From the NCBI GenBank assembly GCA_002728755.1, contig PBVT01000100.1, forward strand, positions 4,484 to 68,483: 64,000 nucleotides of DNA, given 5' to 3'. Below the pieces are notes generated by a model that was not told where the DNA came from, searched no databases, and saw only the letters and a list, made by a program, of their open reading frames with translations. The position numbers and the translations under genes are program-made. This document shows, piece by piece, positions 8,551 to 17,690 of this stretch. Source of the DNA: Myxococcales bacterium. GTDB taxonomy: Bacteria > Myxococcota_A > UBA9042 > UBA3505. Position 1 is the stretch's first letter, and every line of letters starts with the position of its first letter.

Positions 8551-9566
8551 TGACGACGTTAATCCTGTATGCCCTTCTCAAGATCGCCGGATTTGTTCTC
8601 GGATATGTAATGCTTACGGCGACTCTGCTGACGTGGATCGAACGTAAGCAGAGTGCCCTCGCACAGGACCGCATCGGTCCGGCTCGTGCATCGATTATGG
8701 GTCTACGCCTGGGCGGGCTACTCCATATTCCGGCCGACGCCATCAAGAGCTTCACCAAAGAAGACTTCATACCAGACACGCCGAACCCCTGGCTCTTCAA
8801 GTTTGCACCGGTAATCGCCTTTATCCCCGCGTTCGTTATGTTCGCAGTGATTCCCTTCGGCCCAGGAGATTTGATCATCAGCTCGGCTTCCTTTGGAGTC
8901 CTGTTCATACTCGCTGTGACAGGAATCTCCGTTTACGGGGCCACTCTCGCCGGCTGGGCTAGCAATAGCTCTCTATCCCTTCTCGGAGGGTTACGTGCCG
9001 CGGCCCAGATGATCTCGTATGAAGTTACGATGGGTTTAAGTCTTGTAGGCATATTCATGGTCTACGAAGATGTGAACCTGCAGAATGTGGTCATCCGACA
9101 GGGCTCCAACGTCCTAAATTGGGGGATCGTCACGCAACCTCTCGCGTTCTTCTTGTTCCTGGCCGCGGTCATCGCGGAGACAAAACGAGGTCCCTTTGAT
9201 GTGGCAGAAGGCGAAAGTGAGCTCGTCGCGGGTTATTTCACCGAATACAGCGCCATGCGCTTTGCCATGTTTATGCTCGGTGAATTCATCGCAATCGTAG
9301 GTGTATCGGCGGTCCTCGTGACCTTCTTCCTCGGTGGCTGGCAAGTCCCCGGCCTGGAAGAAACCGGCGGATGGTACACCGTCCTACAGGTCAGCGCGTT
9401 TGCGTTGAAGACCTGGTTCCTTTGCTGGCTCCAGCTTATGATACGCTGGACTCTGCCTCGTTTTCGCTATGACCAGATCATGCATCTGGGCTGGCGGATC
9501 CTCCTCCCCTTAAGCCTTCTGAACGTACTCGTAACGGGCATCGTTCTGGCCATTATCCACGGATAG
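8550..9566 (+). CDS. nuoH: NADH-quinone oxidoreductase subunit H
   Basis: 338 aa polytopic membrane protein with the NuoH/ND1 signature (…WIERKQSALAQDRIGP…EYSAMRFAMFMLGEF…). The ATG overlaps the nuoG TAA by 1 nt. Confidence 0.9.
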   Translation: MTTLILYALLKIAGFVLGYVMLTATLLTWIERKQSALAQDRIGPARASIMGLRLGGLLHIPADAIKSFTKEDFIPDTPNPWLFKFAPVIAFIPAFVMFAVIPFGPGDLIISSASFGVLFILAVTGISVYGATLAGWASNSSLSLLGGLRAAAQMISYEVTMGLSLVGIFMVYEDVNLQNVVIRQGSNVLNWGIVTQPLAFFLFLAAVIAETKRGPFDVAEGESELVAGYFTEYSAMRFAMFMLGEFIAIVGVSAVLVTFFLGGWQVPGLEETGGWYTVLQVSAFALKTWFLCWLQLMIRWTLPRFRYDQIMHLGWRILLPLSLLNVLVTGIVLAIIHG

Positions 9567-9571
9567 AAACC

Positions 9572-10126
9572 ATGACAGCGACCGTAAAAAAAGTGGAACG
9601 CGTCGTTCCCGATCTTGCGATGAAGGCCTATGTACCTGCCATTCTTGAGGGACTGGGTGTAACGACCCGGCACTTCGTGCAGAACCTTGGGAATCTCGTT
9701 TCGGGTCGCAAGAAGTCCAAGCGAGGAACGGAGGAGATCGCGACCATCCGATATCCCGACGAGAAGAGAGAATATCCACCTCGTTATCGCGGACACCATC
9801 GCTTGATGCGCCGTGAAGACGATCAAGTTCGATGTGTAGCCTGTTTCATGTGTTCGACCGCCTGCCCGGCCAACTGTATCTATATCGAGGCAGGGGAACA
9901 CGAAGATCCAACCATCGAAAAGTTCCCAGTGCGCTTCGACATCGACCATCTGGTCTGCATCTACTGCGGTATGTGCGAAGAAGCCTGCCCATGCGACGCA
10001 ATTCGAATGGACAGTGGTGAACATACCAAGCCCAAGTATTCACGCACGGACCAACGAGTGCATCTGGTTGACCTGCTGGAACGCGGCGGCCCCAGCATCG
10101 CCAAACAGGGCGGTCGTTTCAGCTGA
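9572..10126 (+). CDS. nuoI: NADH-quinone oxidoreductase subunit I (2x[4Fe-4S] ferredoxin)
   Basis: Two CxxCxxCxxxCP motifs (CVACFMCSTACP, CIYCGMCEEACP). Confidence 0.9.
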   Translation: MTATVKKVERVVPDLAMKAYVPAILEGLGVTTRHFVQNLGNLVSGRKKSKRGTEEIATIRYPDEKREYPPRYRGHHRLMRREDDQVRCVACFMCSTACPANCIYIEAGEHEDPTIEKFPVRFDIDHLVCIYCGMCEEACPCDAIRMDSGEHTKPKYSRTDQRVHLVDLLERGGPSIAKQGGRFS

Positions 10127-10133
10127 ACATTCC

Positions 10134-11069
10134 TCAGCCGGCGTGTTCCTGATCTTCTAGCCAACGCTCGAGATCAAGAGCGGCCTGACAGCCAAGACCA
10201 GCGGCGGTTACCGCTTGCCGGTAGCGATGATCGACACAATCGCCCGCAGCGAATACGCCCGGGATATTCGTCATCGTATGGTCTTCCGGAACGATATATC
10301 CAGATTCGTCCAGATCGATGATCCCACGGAAAATCTGGGTCGTCGGATCGTGACCGATGGCGAGGAACAATCCTTCCAACGCGATCGTAGACTCTTCACC
10401 GCTCTGGGTGTTTTCCACCTTAAGCCCTACGACCTCACGCCCGGTCTCGGTAAGCACTTCCGTGACGCTATGGTTCCAAAGGAACTCAATCTTGGGATTG
10501 GCCAACGCACGGTCTTGCATAATCTTGCTGGCGCGAAGCTTGTCGCGCCGATGAATCACGGTCACCTTGCTCGCAAATTTCGTCAGGAAGTTCGCCTCTT
10601 CCATGGCGGAATCACCACCACCGACAACGGCGATCTCTTTATCTTTAAAGAAGAACCCATCACAGGTTGCACAAGCCGAAACGCCGTAGCCCTTAAGGCG
10701 GGTTTCACTTTCAAGACCCAGCCAACGAGCCTGGGCGCCGGTCGCGATAATAACACCTCGACCCTTTACGACCTCCTGTTCGTCGACCGTGATGGCAAAC
10801 GGACTACTCGTAAAGTCCACAGATGTCGCAGAGCCGAACCGGCATTCGGTGCCAAAACGCTCAACCTGTTCCTTGAATTTCTGCATAAGCTCTGGGCCCA
10901 TAATCCCATCCGGAAATCCGGGATAGTTTTCCACGTCCGTGGTGATCATGAGCTGCCCACCCACCTCGATACCTTCGAGCAGCAGTACGCTGAGGTTGGC
11001 TCGTGAAGCATATAAGGCTGCGGTATAACCGGCTGGTCCGCTACCAAGAATTACAACATCGTAGATCAT
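10134..11069 (-). CDS. trxB: Thioredoxin-disulfide reductase
   Basis: FAD motif GSGPAGYTAA, redox-active CATCDGFF, NADPH motif; 311 aa. Confidence 0.9.
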   Translation of the reverse strand: MIYDVVILGSGPAGYTAALYASRANLSVLLLEGIEVGGQLMITTDVENYPGFPDGIMGPELMQKFKEQVERFGTECRFGSATSVDFTSSPFAITVDEQEVVKGRGVIIATGAQARWLGLESETRLKGYGVSACATCDGFFFKDKEIAVVGGGDSAMEEANFLTKFASKVTVIHRRDKLRASKIMQDRALANPKIEFLWNHSVTEVLTETGREVVGLKVENTQSGEESTIALEGLFLAIGHDPTTQIFRGIIDLDESGYIVPEDHTMTNIPGVFAAGDCVDHRYRQAVTAAGLGCQAALDLERWLEDQEHAG

Positions 11070-11117
11070 TCATCTCTCCATCTGGGAGTCACTCGCAGGA
11101 TTGGGCGAGCGCTCCGG

Positions 11118-11471
11118 TCATAGCAATTCTTCTATCCGCTCGGTTGGTCGAGCCACAACGGCCCGGTCACCTTGAATAACAATGGGTCGTTCGATCAGGC
11201 GTCTATGTTCCAACATGGCCGCCAGGATCACGCTATCTTCCGAATCGGTCGCGCTGAGTCCCAACTCGCGACTTATGGCCTCTTTACTGCGAAGCAGTTC
11301 TCCTGGCCGATAACCGAGAAGACCAAGCACCTGTTCGATATCATCCGCCGTTAAATCGGCGCTCATATACTCGAACACATCGGGTTCCATACCGCGATCG
11401 CGCAGGAAACCCAGGGCCGCACGTGACTTACTGCAACGAGGGTTGTGCCATACACGAAAACTAGCGCTCAT
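11118..11471 (-). CDS. ArsC/Spx-family protein (arsenate reductase/YffB-like)
   Basis: Family match on the motif VWHNPRCSKSR… over roughly 117 aa. Confidence 0.7.
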   Translation of the reverse strand: MSASFRVWHNPRCSKSRAALGFLRDRGMEPDVFEYMSADLTADDIEQVLGLLGYRPGELLRSKEAISRELGLSATDSEDSVILAAMLEHRRLIERPIVIQGDRAVVARPTERIEELL

Positions 11472-11601
11472 GAAGAAACTCCATTTCAACCGATCCCGAA
11501 GGGATCCGTGTCATAAATTCATCAATTACGCAACGGTGATTCACGTTCTCCACGGGCGGTGAACAATCGCCCCGTAGAGAGAGTCATGCGGAGCCCATAT
11601 T

Positions 11602-12195
11602 CTAATGCATAGCTGGGCGAAGAGGAGTCTCCAGAAGGATCTTTTTCTCCAACTCTTTCATCTCTGCAAAACGCTTCCGTGTCCGATCTGCATCTTCCAG
11701 ACGAGCCAAGTCGTAGAAGACTCGACCGTGGGTCGCTTCCGCGGAAGCAAAACGTCCGAACATCTCCTTCAGATCTGCATCGGGGTGGTGTTCTGCCAAT
11801 AGCTGTAACCGCTCACAGGATCGCGCCTCAATCAGGGCGGAAACGAGTAGACGATCGATATACCGCTCGATCCGTGTCCCCTCCACTTCATCGACCAGGG
11901 CCTTTGCATAGGGATCGCCAAGATCCGGACCGAGCTCCCATCCCCGATCCGTTATCTTTTGGTGCACCTCCGCAAAATGACCCAACTCTTCCTGCGCCAA
12001 TTCAGCCATGGCGGCTACAAGCTCTGTCTTCTCTGGATATCGAGAGATCAGGCTCAAAGCGGTGCCAGCGGCTTTTCTCTCGCAATGGGCATGATCCTTC
12101 AAGAGGGCTTCCGTATTCGCTAAAACCAATTGCAGCCATTCACGATCGTGTTGCGCTTTATCTGGTTGCATGGGTCTACTCCTTTCCAGGCCCAT
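11602..12195 (-). CDS. miaE: tRNA-(ms2io6A37)-hydroxylase MiaE-like ferritin-fold di-iron protein
   Basis: The motif DHAHCERKAA…EELGHFAE resembles the MiaE signature DHLxCExKAA / EExxH. Confidence 0.55.
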   Translation of the reverse strand: MGLERSRPMQPDKAQHDREWLQLVLANTEALLKDHAHCERKAAGTALSLISRYPEKTELVAAMAELAQEELGHFAEVHQKITDRGWELGPDLGDPYAKALVDEVEGTRIERYIDRLLVSALIEARSCERLQLLAEHHPDADLKEMFGRFASAEATHGRVFYDLARLEDADRTRKRFAEMKELEKKILLETPLRPAMH

Positions 12196-12928
12196 CGAAC
12201 GGCCGTTGCCCTGTGGCTATCAAACTCACGCCAAACGGGAGATTAATATGACGAAGGAGATGTCGCTCCCCTCCGAGGACCGATTCAAGAAGACCATTGA
12301 TGGCACGTGGCATTACCTTCACATCGCTTGAGGCTGCATCGCCCTCTTCCACCGTTTTCGACCCGATTAATCGCTGGGCAACCCGGACGGACGCGATGGG
12401 AGGAAATAGGAAAAAGTTGTAGTAGGAGATCCGCGGGACTTCAAAACCGCCCCCTTGAAGCAGGTTCTTGAAGGCCTTCTTTCGGTAGCGACGGTGATGA
12501 CCCAGCGCCACATCGTGCTCCGACCAGAGAAACTGCCAGGCGGGTACTGTGCTGATCAATATGCCCCCGGGCTTCAATATTCGATACAGCTCCTCTACTG
12601 CTTTCTCGGGATGTTCCAAATGCTCGAGGATGTCGAGACAAAAGATCAGATCGAACTGCTGGTCTTTCAGCGGAAGCTCTTCGGCGTTTGCCTGGATTAA
12701 TTCTGCGTTGGGTGCTCGTTCTCGGGCTAGTTCCAGACATAAAGCCGCGCGATCGATTCCCACAATCCGTGGTAGATGCGAGAGCCAACTCAAGGTTGTA
12801 CCGGGCCCACACCCCACATCGGCCACCCGCAGCTTTTCCAATCCACCGCCGACAGCATCGTTGGCCCAGTTCAGAATTACCCGACGGGTACCCCGAAACC
12901 AGAAGTGGCGGTCCATGACCGCCGCCAT
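12176..12928 (-). CDS. Class I SAM-dependent methyltransferase
   Basis: Motif I VADVGCGPGTT and post-I motif FDLIFCLDILEHL. The likely start is MAAVMDRHFWFRG, which avoids overlap with pepP. Confidence 0.75.
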   Translation of the reverse strand: MAAVMDRHFWFRGTRRVILNWANDAVGGGLEKLRVADVGCGPGTTLSWLSHLPRIVGIDRAALCLELARERAPNAELIQANAEELPLKDQQFDLIFCLDILEHLEHPEKAVEELYRILKPGGILISTVPAWQFLWSEHDVALGHHRRYRKKAFKNLLQGGGFEVPRISYYNFFLFPPIASVRVAQRLIGSKTVEEGDAASSDVKVMPRAINGLLESVLGGERHLLRHINLPFGVSLIATGQRPFDGPGKE

Positions 12929-12948
12929 CTGACGGATCTCGGAGGCCT

Positions 12949-14277
12949 TCACGACAGTACCGGCATTTCCAGTCCTGCCTCTTGCATCGTAGCTTCGATG
13001 TCTTCGCAGGTCTTCGGACAACTCGAAGTCAGATTCTCGTGTCCATCGGCCGTTACCAGAATGTCGTCTTCGATCCGGATACCGATACCTCGAAATGCTT
13101 CGGGCGCGTGCTCGTCATTCTCGGCGACATACAGACCCGGCTCGACGGTGAAAACCATATCAGGCTCGAACGGTCGAGGATCGGGACCCACGGCGTAGCT
13201 CCCTACATCGTGCACATCCAATCCCAGCCAATGACTCGTACGATGCATATAGTAGCGTCGGAAATCTCCACCATGGATTACATCCTGGAGGGTTGATTCG
13301 AAGAATCCCAGATCAAGAAGTCCCTGCGACAGAACTTCAATCACGCGGGAATGCAGAAGTTCCAGGGTTGCCCCTGGTTTCACCAGATCCAGGGCTTCTT
13401 GTTGTGCCTCAAGAACCAGGTTGTAGAGATCGCGCTGCGGTCCCGAGAACTTGCCATGGATGGGATAGGTCCGGGTTATATCCGATGCCATACACTCCAC
13501 TTCGCAACCGGCATCCACCAGAACCAGATCCCCGGAACAAAGCTTTTCCCGGTTGGTATCGTAGTGTAGAACGGTCGCGTTGGCGCCACCAGCAACAATA
13601 CTATTATAGGCATTGCCGGCACCACCATGGGAACGGAACCCGAATTCAATCGCACCCTGCAACTGGTACTCGTACAAACCAGGCTTAACCGATTGCATGC
13701 CCAGAACATGTCCTTTGACCGCGGCATCCGCCGCGCTACGAAGGAGCATATGATCTTTCTCGTCTTTGAAGAGTCGAAGCTCTGATAGGAACGAAGCCAG
13801 ATCGAGCCATACATCGGGGCCGGACCGATGCAATCGTGGGCGAGTCCAATGTCGACGAATCACGCCGATCAAAGTTTCATCCATCGATGTATTTCGGCCC
13901 AACTCATAGGCTATATGGTCAACATTGGTGAGGTATTTGGTGAGGGCTTCCGTCCAGGAGTCGATCTCCACCGCATGATCCATCCCATAGTCCGCGACAG
14001 CTCCCTCTGGACCTGCTCGGCGACCGGTCCACACCTCTTGTTCCGGGTTGCGAGGTTGCACTCCAAGAATAGAGAGAACCTCGTCGTCCGTCTTAACGAG
14101 CAATAAGATCGCGTCCGGTTCCGGGAACCCCGTCAGGTATTGGAAGTTGGAATCCTGGCGAAACGGGTACGTTACATCCGAATTCCGATCCGCAATACGC
14201 CCCCCGGGAATGACCGCCAATGTCCGGTCTGGAAGCATATTGAGAAGTTTCTTTCGGCGTTCGGCATATACGCTCAT
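12949..14277 (-). CDS. pepP: Xaa-Pro aminopeptidase (aminopeptidase P, M24B)
   Basis: 442 aa with an N-terminal creatinase-like domain and a pita-bread domain carrying metal ligands (…HRTSHWLGLDVHDV…). Confidence 0.85.
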   Translation of the reverse strand: MSVYAERRKKLLNMLPDRTLAVIPGGRIADRNSDVTYPFRQDSNFQYLTGFPEPDAILLLVKTDDEVLSILGVQPRNPEQEVWTGRRAGPEGAVADYGMDHAVEIDSWTEALTKYLTNVDHIAYELGRNTSMDETLIGVIRRHWTRPRLHRSGPDVWLDLASFLSELRLFKDEKDHMLLRSAADAAVKGHVLGMQSVKPGLYEYQLQGAIEFGFRSHGGAGNAYNSIVAGGANATVLHYDTNREKLCSGDLVLVDAGCEVECMASDITRTYPIHGKFSGPQRDLYNLVLEAQQEALDLVKPGATLELLHSRVIEVLSQGLLDLGFFESTLQDVIHGGDFRRYYMHRTSHWLGLDVHDVGSYAVGPDPRPFEPDMVFTVEPGLYVAENDEHAPEAFRGIGIRIEDDILVTADGHENLTSSCPKTCEDIEATMQEAGLEMPVLS

Positions 14278-14305
14278 CGTCCTACCTCAGTCTCAAACTA
14301 CAATC

Positions 14306-14725
14306 TTAGACCAGATCAAAACAGCTGAAGAAGTAGCCAACTTCGCGGGTCGCGCTCGTGGGGCTGTCGGATCCATGAACAGAATTCCGTTCAATGCTCT
14401 CGCCATATTGGTTACGAATGCTTCCGGACGGGGCGTCAGAGGGGTTTGTGGCCCCCATGGTTGAACGCCAATGTGTAATGGCGTCTTCCCGCTCCATGGC
14501 CAAGAGAACAACCGGGCCCGATGTCATAAAGGACACGAGGTCGTTGAAAAACGGTCGCTCACGATGCTCCGCATAAAAGCCCTCAGCCTGGTTCTGACTT
14601 AATAGCATTTGACGCATACCAACGACGCGAAATCCTTCATCCTCAATCCGTTGGATGATAGCACCCGTCAGGTTACGGGCCGTTGCGTCTGGCTTAATGA
14701 TTCCTAGGGTACGTTCGATCATCAT
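14306..14725 (-). CDS. ndk: Nucleoside diphosphate kinase
   Basis: MIERTLGIIKPDA… and the active-site region NSVHGSDS; about 140 aa from the internal Met. Confidence 0.9.
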   Translation of the reverse strand: MMIERTLGIIKPDATARNLTGAIIQRIEDEGFRVVGMRQMLLSQNQAEGFYAEHRERPFFNDLVSFMTSGPVVLLAMEREDAITHWRSTMGATNPSDAPSGSIRNQYGESIERNSVHGSDSPTSATREVGYFFSCFDLV

Positions 14726-14872
14726 GCACTCCTTCCATTGTGTGCAATAAAGCAAATGAAGAGCGCCGCTTTTAACAAGCCCAGGCCAGGCATGCAATGC
14801 CCCATCACAAAATCCCCTGATTTCGCGCCCCGTTTCGCAGTAATCACGAGTATCAGTAGTCGAAAAACCTAC

Positions 14873-16027
14873 TTATAGATGCGCGGGTTCTGCACCTGGA
14901 TCGTCTTTGTATTCGTTCTGTATCTCCAGAACCATAGCCCGTTTGTCGATAAACAGCTCTACCAATCGAGGGTCGAAATGTTTGCCCGACTCGGAGCGGA
15001 GATAGTCCAACGCCTTTTCAACCGGCCATGCTTCTTTATAACAGCGGCGCTGGGTCAGCGCGTCATAGACATCGACCAGCGCAACAATACGAGCCTCAAT
15101 AGCAATCTCATCCCCGGCCATCCCATCGGGATAACCCGAGCCGTCCCATTTCTCGTGATGGCGAAGTGCGATCTCACAGGCCATATCATCGGCCCGCGCT
15201 TCTTTGAGTAGATTGTAGCCAAAGGTCGTATGCCTTCGCATAATCGTAATTTCTTCTGCTGTCAGCTTACCCGGTTTCTTGAGAATAGAGGCCGGTAGAG
15301 CCACCTTTCCAACATCATGTAGGGATGCATACCGGAAAATGTTGCGGCTAGCCGCGGGCCCAAAACCGTGCGCCTCTCCAAGGATCTTCGAGTAATGACA
15401 GACACGGCGAATATGCATCCCCGTATCGGTGTCATTGAATTCGTTCGCTTTCTCGAGAGCGATGACCAGTCCCATGGTGATCTGTTCAAGCTCCCGCGTT
15501 CGGCCTCGCAGCTTCGCCTCCAGAGAACGAATCTCATTACGTAGACGTTGGTGATACAACTTCACACGAACCAGAGAGCGAACACGGGCCCGTAGCTCCA
15601 CCTCATGGCAGGGCCAGGTCATAAAACCATCGGCACCAACATAATAGGCACGAGATTTATCATCGATGGTGACAACCTCTCCCCACATGACGATGGGGAT
15701 ATGCTCCATCCGACGATTACCCTTTACCGTACGGCACAACTCGTAGCCGGCCATACGCTCCATTTCAGCGTCCACCAATAAGATGTCCGGCTTCTTTAGA
15801 ATGAGCTCTTCAAGGGCTCGTACTGGCCGGGACACCCGATGTACTGTGTAACCAAATGGCTCGAGGTAGCTCGCAATTTTATCGGCGATCTTTTCTCGAT
15901 CGGTTACGAGCAATATCAGATAGCTATTTGCAATCTGTACACCTGGAGGGCCTTGCGTTGGTTGGGGGTGATGTTCCGCATCATCCAACCAGATACTCTT
16001 CTGCAGGTTTTTCGTCTCTTCAGACAA
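14873..16027 (-). CDS. Response regulator with HD-GYP phosphodiesterase domain (RpfG-like)
   Basis: N-terminal REC domain (LLVDAEM…), then an HD domain (HDVGK) and a GYP motif (WDGSGYP). Confidence 0.85.
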   Translation of the reverse strand: MSEETKNLQKSIWLDDAEHHPQPTQGPPGVQIANSYLILLVTDREKIADKIASYLEPFGYTVHRVSRPVRALEELILKKPDILLVDAEMERMAGYELCRTVKGNRRMEHIPIVMWGEVVTIDDKSRAYYVGADGFMTWPCHEVELRARVRSLVRVKLYHQRLRNEIRSLEAKLRGRTRELEQITMGLVIALEKANEFNDTDTGMHIRRVCHYSKILGEAHGFGPAASRNIFRYASLHDVGKVALPASILKKPGKLTAEEITIMRRHTTFGYNLLKEARADDMACEIALRHHEKWDGSGYPDGMAGDEIAIEARIVALVDVYDALTQRRCYKEAWPVEKALDYLRSESGKHFDPRLVELFIDKRAMVLEIQNEYKDDPGAEPAHL

Positions 16028-16252
16028 CGCGGTATCCTTTTGATGAAACCGTGAGATCGAACCAATGCGCTAGATTATACGCTTGCAACAGCAATATCGT
16101 CCACCACAATCCGCGATACCTTACCAAATCTCAACGCCCAACCCACTTCGTCGGAATGAATCCCTTCTTTACACAACGAGCCGAAGGATGCTTTTCTTCG
16201 GCAAGATGCTCTGGCCGTATTCACGAATCGACTACCGGAAACTCGTACGAAG

Positions 16253-17659
16253 ATGACCGATAAGAAGGCACCAACAATAACATTCTCCATGCCGAGCACC
16301 GACGTTCGTCAATTCTACACCGGTGCCCTGATTGACGATAATGTGGATCGAACTCTGGAGCGGCTACAGAAAACAAGTACAAGCGAGACAGACCTCAAGG
16401 ATATGATCCAGAGGCTCGCTTTAAGCGCGCATCAGCTAAACAACTTGTACCGGCTCTCTATGAGCCTGGACCCAGCCAAAGGAGCCGCGAGTGTAGTTCA
16501 GACACTCGCAGAGACCTCCTTGCACGTATTCCGTAGCGACCGCGCGATGGTGGTCCTCTGTGATCCCAATACGGAACCTCAAATTGCGGCTCAGGCCTAC
16601 CTCAATGATGAGGACGACTTTGGAGATGGTCAGCAAGCATACGTTCGCGCTGTCATCGATACAGTCATCTCGACCGGCCAGGCCGTTGTGACCGCCAACG
16701 CGCCGCACGACAAACGGTTCTCAGCCAGTGAGAGCCTGGTACTACTTCGAATTCACTCCTTAATGGCGGCGCCTCTCCTGCTGGGAGATCAGTGTTTTGG
16801 TGTTCTTCAAGTGGATGACCGTAGACCAGGACTACGATTTGACGAGCCGGATCTCCGGTTCCTTGTCGCTATCGCCTCCATGGGAGCACAGGCGTACCAA
16901 CACGCTCGTCTCCTGGACAGTCAGAAGCAGACAATCGCCAAGTTACAACACGCACAGTCCCGATTGGTTCGCTCGGAGCAGCTGGCTATCGTGGGCCGTA
17001 CAGCCACCGCGTTGGCGCACGAGATCAAAAACCAGCTGGGCCCTATGGCTCTTCTGGACTTACTGAAAGAACGATTTCCCGACGACGAAGAAGTCCATGA
17101 ATGTGCAGAAATGATCCGTGATGCACAGCAGCGTATTCTTCGAATGGTCGAGGAAATGCGGGGATACGCCCATAAAGATCAGGAAGAAGAGTCGATTCCG
17201 CTAGTACCAACCAATCTTGTGGAATTAATCGAATCCGTAATCCGCTTTCTTCGCTTCGATGGGGAATGCCGGGACGTCCCTATCCACCTACGATGTGATG
17301 ATGTCTACATCGTCGACATCGAATCGGATCGATTCAAACAGGTTCTAGTTAACCTCATTCGAAATTCTGTGCAGGCTTTCCAGAGCACACCGGATGCCAG
17401 TCCACAGATCGCGATCACCGTATCCAGCGATAACGACGACCGGGTATGTATCGAGGTCCAGGACAATGGAGCGGGTATCCCCGCTGCGGTCCAACAACGT
17501 ATATTCGAACCCTTCTTTACCACCAAAGGTCTATCTGGGACCGGGTTGGGCCTCGACATCTGTCGTCAGATTATCCAACGACATAATGGGACGATCAGCT
17601 GCTCGTCCAAGATGGGCACTGGGACCACGATGCGGATCATGCTGCCTCTCGAAACATAA
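16253..17659 (+). CDS. GAF-domain sensor histidine kinase
   Basis: GAF regions, an H-box (HEIKNQLGPM), and N/G1/G2 HATPase motifs (NLIRNSVQA…DNGAGIP…GTGLGL). Confidence 0.85.
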   Translation: MTDKKAPTITFSMPSTDVRQFYTGALIDDNVDRTLERLQKTSTSETDLKDMIQRLALSAHQLNNLYRLSMSLDPAKGAASVVQTLAETSLHVFRSDRAMVVLCDPNTEPQIAAQAYLNDEDDFGDGQQAYVRAVIDTVISTGQAVVTANAPHDKRFSASESLVLLRIHSLMAAPLLLGDQCFGVLQVDDRRPGLRFDEPDLRFLVAIASMGAQAYQHARLLDSQKQTIAKLQHAQSRLVRSEQLAIVGRTATALAHEIKNQLGPMALLDLLKERFPDDEEVHECAEMIRDAQQRILRMVEEMRGYAHKDQEEESIPLVPTNLVELIESVIRFLRFDGECRDVPIHLRCDDVYIVDIESDRFKQVLVNLIRNSVQAFQSTPDASPQIAITVSSDNDDRVCIEVQDNGAGIPAAVQQRIFEPFFTTKGLSGTGLGLDICRQIIQRHNGTISCSSKMGTGTTMRIMLPLET

Positions 17660-17690
17660 TCATCGTAGGCTGTTCTCACACGGTGACTCT

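Noticed and set aside
9467-11006. Minus-strand ORFs antisense to nuoI (9467..10024), and the plus-strand ORF 10215..11006 antisense to trxB
   Set aside because: They are antisense to strongly supported genes and have no motifs.
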